From: an uncultured bacterium
GTDB lineage: Bacteria; Hydrogenedentota; Hydrogenedentia; Hydrogenedentales; JAEUWI01
NCBI GenBank assembly: GCA_963977445.1
Contig: CAXBPH010000018.1
Coordinates: 1-42,893 of the forward strand
Direction: 5' to 3'
DNA: 42,893 bases
Below the pieces are notes generated by a model, which was not told the DNA's origin, searched no databases, and saw only the letters and a program-made list of their open reading frames with translations. Each line of letters begins with the position of its first letter. Positions within the stretch are counted from its first letter, which is position 1. Of this stretch, positions 39,624 to 42,893 are shown piece after piece. The position numbers were made by a program, and so were the translations under genes.

Positions 39624-40400
39624 TTAGTGCTTCGAAAGCGGCTTGTCCATCGAGGCGATCTCGTGTAGTCCGTTGATGAAGTCTTTTGTCATGGGGAATG
39701 CTTCGCCCATCTTCAGCGTACGAATATTCCCGTTTGCATAGAGGACGGTGCCGCCCCGGTGGAATTTGTCTGGCCATTCCACGGCAATGGGAATATCGGG
39801 CTGAGTTTTACCAACAGTTTGCGTAAGTACCTCGTCGGAAAGGCGTATTCTTGGTAGCACGCGCTCCGCACCGCCGACATGGACCCTAAGGTCATCGCCG
39901 CGTTGCTTCAAGTCCAGCGTTTTGTAGGCCTCAATGAAAGCGAGTCCTTCGCCCTCATCTTTGATAGCCCAGGGAAGGTAGCAGAAACTGTCGTCGGAGA
40001 ATCCAGAAAGACCCGAATCTCTGTTTTTTCCCTCACTATCCGCCGTGCGGCGCATGTCGCTCCACTCGCACTGGAGCCAGCAGGCGTTGTCCAGATACTC
40101 CGGATAGAATCCCTCCGGGTCAATCATGAGGTTGCCGCGCGTGGGACTGATGGGTGGCAGCAGGCCTTCGTGGTCAGCGGCGTACTCGCGCAGTCGCTCG
40201 GGTAGGACTTTGACATCATTCTGGCAACTTGCAATTCTCGACAATTGACGAAGGTCCCAGAGAAAGTAACACACCGCACCAATGAGACCGACGAAGAGCA
40301 GCGCGAGGATTCTAAGAATGAGTTTTCGGGCGTTCTTTTCATAGTCGTGATTGCTTGTTGGTGGGGCTGTCGAATCGCCTATTGTTTCCGGTATATCCAA
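39624..40400 (-). CDS. Membrane-anchored hypothetical protein, DUF1559-like (H-X9-DG-like C-terminal motif)
   Basis: One TM helix, then SCQNDVK...LREYAADHEGLLPP and FHRGGTVLYANGNI; TTG start with AGGGG RBS. Confidence 0.6.
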   Translation of the reverse strand: MDIPETIGDSTAPPTSNHDYEKNARKLILRILALLFVGLIGAVCYFLWDLRQLSRIASCQNDVKVLPERLREYAADHEGLLPPISPTRGNLMIDPEGFYPEYLDNACWLQCEWSDMRRTADSEGKNRDSGLSGFSDDSFCYLPWAIKDEGEGLAFIEAYKTLDLKQRGDDLRVHVGGAERVLPRIRLSDEVLTQTVGKTQPDIPIAVEWPDKFHRGGTVLYANGNIRTLKMGEAFPMTKDFINGLHEIASMDKPLSKH

Positions 40401-40507
40401 GTGCGTCCCCTTTATGGATGCTTAAAAAGTTGTGGCTCAACGCGTATTTTTCCCCGTGGCGAATCGGTTGCCTCCTTTACCGCGAGAAGCGTTCGAATAC
40501 TTTTTAT

Positions 40508-40693
40508 GCCGCCCTTTCAGGGCTCAACGCCCGGGCGAATCGCTGACCCAGGGCTCGATTCGCTCGCGCCTGTGTTACGGTATGTCGCCACTTTGTGGCT
40601 ATGATATGTCACCCGTTTCGGGCTATAACGCCTCGCAACGCTTAGTTTTTTCTTCATGTTCTTTCCGCCTAAGGCGGGTGCTTCGTGATGAAA
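40508..40693. repeat. Cluster of REP-like palindromes
   Basis: GCCGCCCTTTCAGGGCT...ACCCAGGGC; two roughly 24-bp units TATGTCGCCACTTTGTGGCTAT and TATGTCACCCGTTTCGGGCTAT; CCGCCTAAGGCGG. Confidence 0.7.
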
Positions 40694-40716
40694 ATGTCTT
40701 TCAGTCGCAGCCATCG

Positions 40717-42726
40717 TCACTTGTCGATCAATGTGATGATTTCGTCGACATTCAGTCGGTAGCGTTCCCAATAGCCCGTGGCATGCATAAGGTCAGAGAA
40801 GAAGCTTCGCTCGTTGGCCTTACGAAATTCTACCAGGGCTTTCAGCGCGGCTTTTCCCGCTTCCAGGTTCTCCGTAGGGAGGACTTCGTCACCATCGTAG
40901 GCCGCAGCGAGTTGGGCCGCCAGTTGGCCGTGCTGCAGGCCCAGGCGGACAAATTTTACCCGTTCGGCGTATTCCGGATTGGGTAGCTGCGACGTCTCGG
41001 CGAGGGCCTGGGCCAGGAGCGCCTCGGCGGGGACAAAGCTTTCCGGTGGAAATAGCTCGTGGGCGTGGGCCGTGTAGTTGGCGTAGCGACGGCCGACTTC
41101 GCGGTACATTTCGATGAAGGGGATGGTGTTCTTCGTAGCGTAGTCTTCCCAGTATTGAAAATAGCGGTCCATCGTTTCCGAAGCGGGCCCGAAACCCGAG
41201 AGGTATTCCGCGCGGATGGCGTCCAGCTGCAAGTGGGGTTTGGCCATCAGGCGCAGGTGCATGTAGAGCCGTGGTCCCTGGGCCGCCCACTGGCCGGTGA
41301 GGGAATCGAAGCGGGCCCCTTCCATGCCGTTGTCGTAGGCGAATTTGAAGAACTCCCCCTCCTGCTTCGTTTCGAAGTGGGGCATGACGTAGCCGTCGTG
41401 GAGGTAGTTGGGCCGGTAACCCAGGCGGATGCCTGTCTCGCGCCAGCCGAGCCACTGGACCTTGAGCCAGCCCACGGCTTCGTCGGGCATGGGGAAATAA
41501 CGGAGGTGAGGATCCTGCCACTGGACAAATTCGCCGTAGACGTTTTTGCCGAGTTGAATGTCGGTTGTGGGTGCGGGAAGTTCGTTTTCATAGATGAAGG
41601 ACGCCGAAACCACGGCGTTGGGATTGCGCTTCGCTGCCTTTTCGCGCATGACCTTCCAAAAGCGCGCGTATCGGTCCGAGGTTGCGCCGCCATAGAGACC
41701 TTCGGTGCGGGGGTCGGCCCCGTAGACATAGGTGGCGAACCACGGCGGCGTCTCGGGCTGGGGGCCATCCCACGCGCGGCAATTCGCGCAGGTGCAACGT
41801 CCGGGCCGGTCTACGGGCCCCAGGAGCAACACGCTCTCGCCGTCCCATTGGGCGATAACGAAGTCTTGCAGTTCCTCATTCGATACGCACATGGGTGTGT
41901 TGTCGTAATCCGGATCGGGATGTCCCCGCGTTCCATCTTCCCGCAGGCCGAACCACTCGGGGTGTTCTTTGCCGTAGCGCTTCCACCAGCCGTAGAAGAG
42001 GTGGCCTGAAGGGGGCTTGGCATCGAGGCCACCCATGCGATGGCGTCGCAGGAGTATCTTCAATGCTTTGCCATAGTCGGCGGCCACGTCGGGACTGAAT
42101 CCCAGCCGGGCATCTTCTTCGCTGATGGGTTGCCCATTGATGACCGATTGAATTCGGGAGAGATAGAGTCCGCGAAAGTTGAGGGCAGGGCGCTCCAAGG
42201 CATTGACCGACGAGAACTCAACGGTGTCCGTCTTGGGGACGAAGGTGCCTAGCTCGCCGGGCCAGAGCCACCGTACGCCGACAAAGCGCTCCAGAAATTC
42301 GTAGACCCCGAAGAGGGTGCCGGAATCGGGATTGCTCTCGCTCAGGGGATCACCATCGCCTTCGTGTCCGGCGATAAAGAGGTCGTTTCCGACGGAACGC
42401 ATGACGTAGGTTTCCCGGGGAAGGTGCTCCGTGTCGATGCCATTGCGTTGACCGGTTTCTGTGTCGCCGATATAGACACGGGTATGGAGATCCGATGGTG
42501 TGGCGGACTCTGCAACGATGGTCAGCGCGACGCCCGTGGCCCGTTCGATATGTTCGGCCAATTCCTGGGCGGCGTAGCGGGCCGTCTCGGTGGGCGTGTT
42601 GGCCGTTACGATGGCCGCGTTGGCCTTCCCATCTCGCACCAGGCTCACCTGTGCCGAAGCGGGAATCACAGAAAAGAGGATTGCTATGACCGCTGCCAGG
42701 GGCGCGACCCACGAGGTTTTGTACAT
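40717..42726 (-). CDS. Secreted DUF4838 domain protein
   Basis: Signal peptide ending ASA-Q; YAAQELAEHIERATG, GTLFGVYEFLERFVGVRWLWPGELG, HPEWF, CVSNEEL, CTCANC. Confidence 0.82.
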   Translation of the reverse strand: MYKTSWVAPLAAVIAILFSVIPASAQVSLVRDGKANAAIVTANTPTETARYAAQELAEHIERATGVALTIVAESATPSDLHTRVYIGDTETGQRNGIDTEHLPRETYVMRSVGNDLFIAGHEGDGDPLSESNPDSGTLFGVYEFLERFVGVRWLWPGELGTFVPKTDTVEFSSVNALERPALNFRGLYLSRIQSVINGQPISEEDARLGFSPDVAADYGKALKILLRRHRMGGLDAKPPSGHLFYGWWKRYGKEHPEWFGLREDGTRGHPDPDYDNTPMCVSNEELQDFVIAQWDGESVLLLGPVDRPGRCTCANCRAWDGPQPETPPWFATYVYGADPRTEGLYGGATSDRYARFWKVMREKAAKRNPNAVVSASFIYENELPAPTTDIQLGKNVYGEFVQWQDPHLRYFPMPDEAVGWLKVQWLGWRETGIRLGYRPNYLHDGYVMPHFETKQEGEFFKFAYDNGMEGARFDSLTGQWAAQGPRLYMHLRLMAKPHLQLDAIRAEYLSGFGPASETMDRYFQYWEDYATKNTIPFIEMYREVGRRYANYTAHAHELFPPESFVPAEALLAQALAETSQLPNPEYAERVKFVRLGLQHGQLAAQLAAAYDGDEVLPTENLEAGKAALKALVEFRKANERSFFSDLMHATGYWERYRLNVDEIITLIDK

Positions 42727-42893
42727 GAGGAAAGCTTTCTATGGATTGAATTTGAAGGATAGGCTTGAGAAGTGCCCGTTCTGGCATCGACAGCCTTCAC
42801 AAAGTATTCCTTGTCGGTTCTGCCTTATCATGCCAGAACGACAATGGAATGGGCGAACGCATGGGGACGGGCCCCCGCCGGTGAACCAGCGGT

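Overview
GC-rich bacterial chromosome segment, probably Candidatus Hydrogenedentota or a PVC-like lineage (inferred from a GEGEGE-linker lipoprotein, DUF1501/DUF1549-DUF1553, DUF4838 and BlaI-M56 genes). 1-19.5 kb is mostly housekeeping and metabolism: yicC-gmk-rpoZ, an EF-hand glutaminyl cyclase, SDR-bioF-bioD-bioA, a large membrane protein, an FG-GAP protein, a GH38 mannosidase, HAD-apt, an RpoD/RpoS-like sigma factor with a structured leader, tadA and a ceramidase-like hydrolase. 19.5-27.6 kb holds two signalling modules: an OmpR/histidine-kinase pair and BlaI plus a large M56-LRR transducer. 27.6-42.9 kb is accessory and rich in intergenic repeats. It contains a frameshifted four-helix-bundle (IVP/Avd-like) gene bracketed by 9-bp tandem arrays plus a complementary arm, a DUF4365 nuclease-like gene between the DUF1553 and DUF1501 genes, REP/MITE-like palindromes, a frameshifted GH95 fucosidase, an esterase and a DUF4838 protein. 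No rRNA, tRNA, CRISPR array, transposase or integrase was recognised. The best candidate for an undescribed system is the repeat-bracketed four-helix-bundle cassette at about 27.9-28.8 kb. All family calls come from motif recognition by eye, not database searches.
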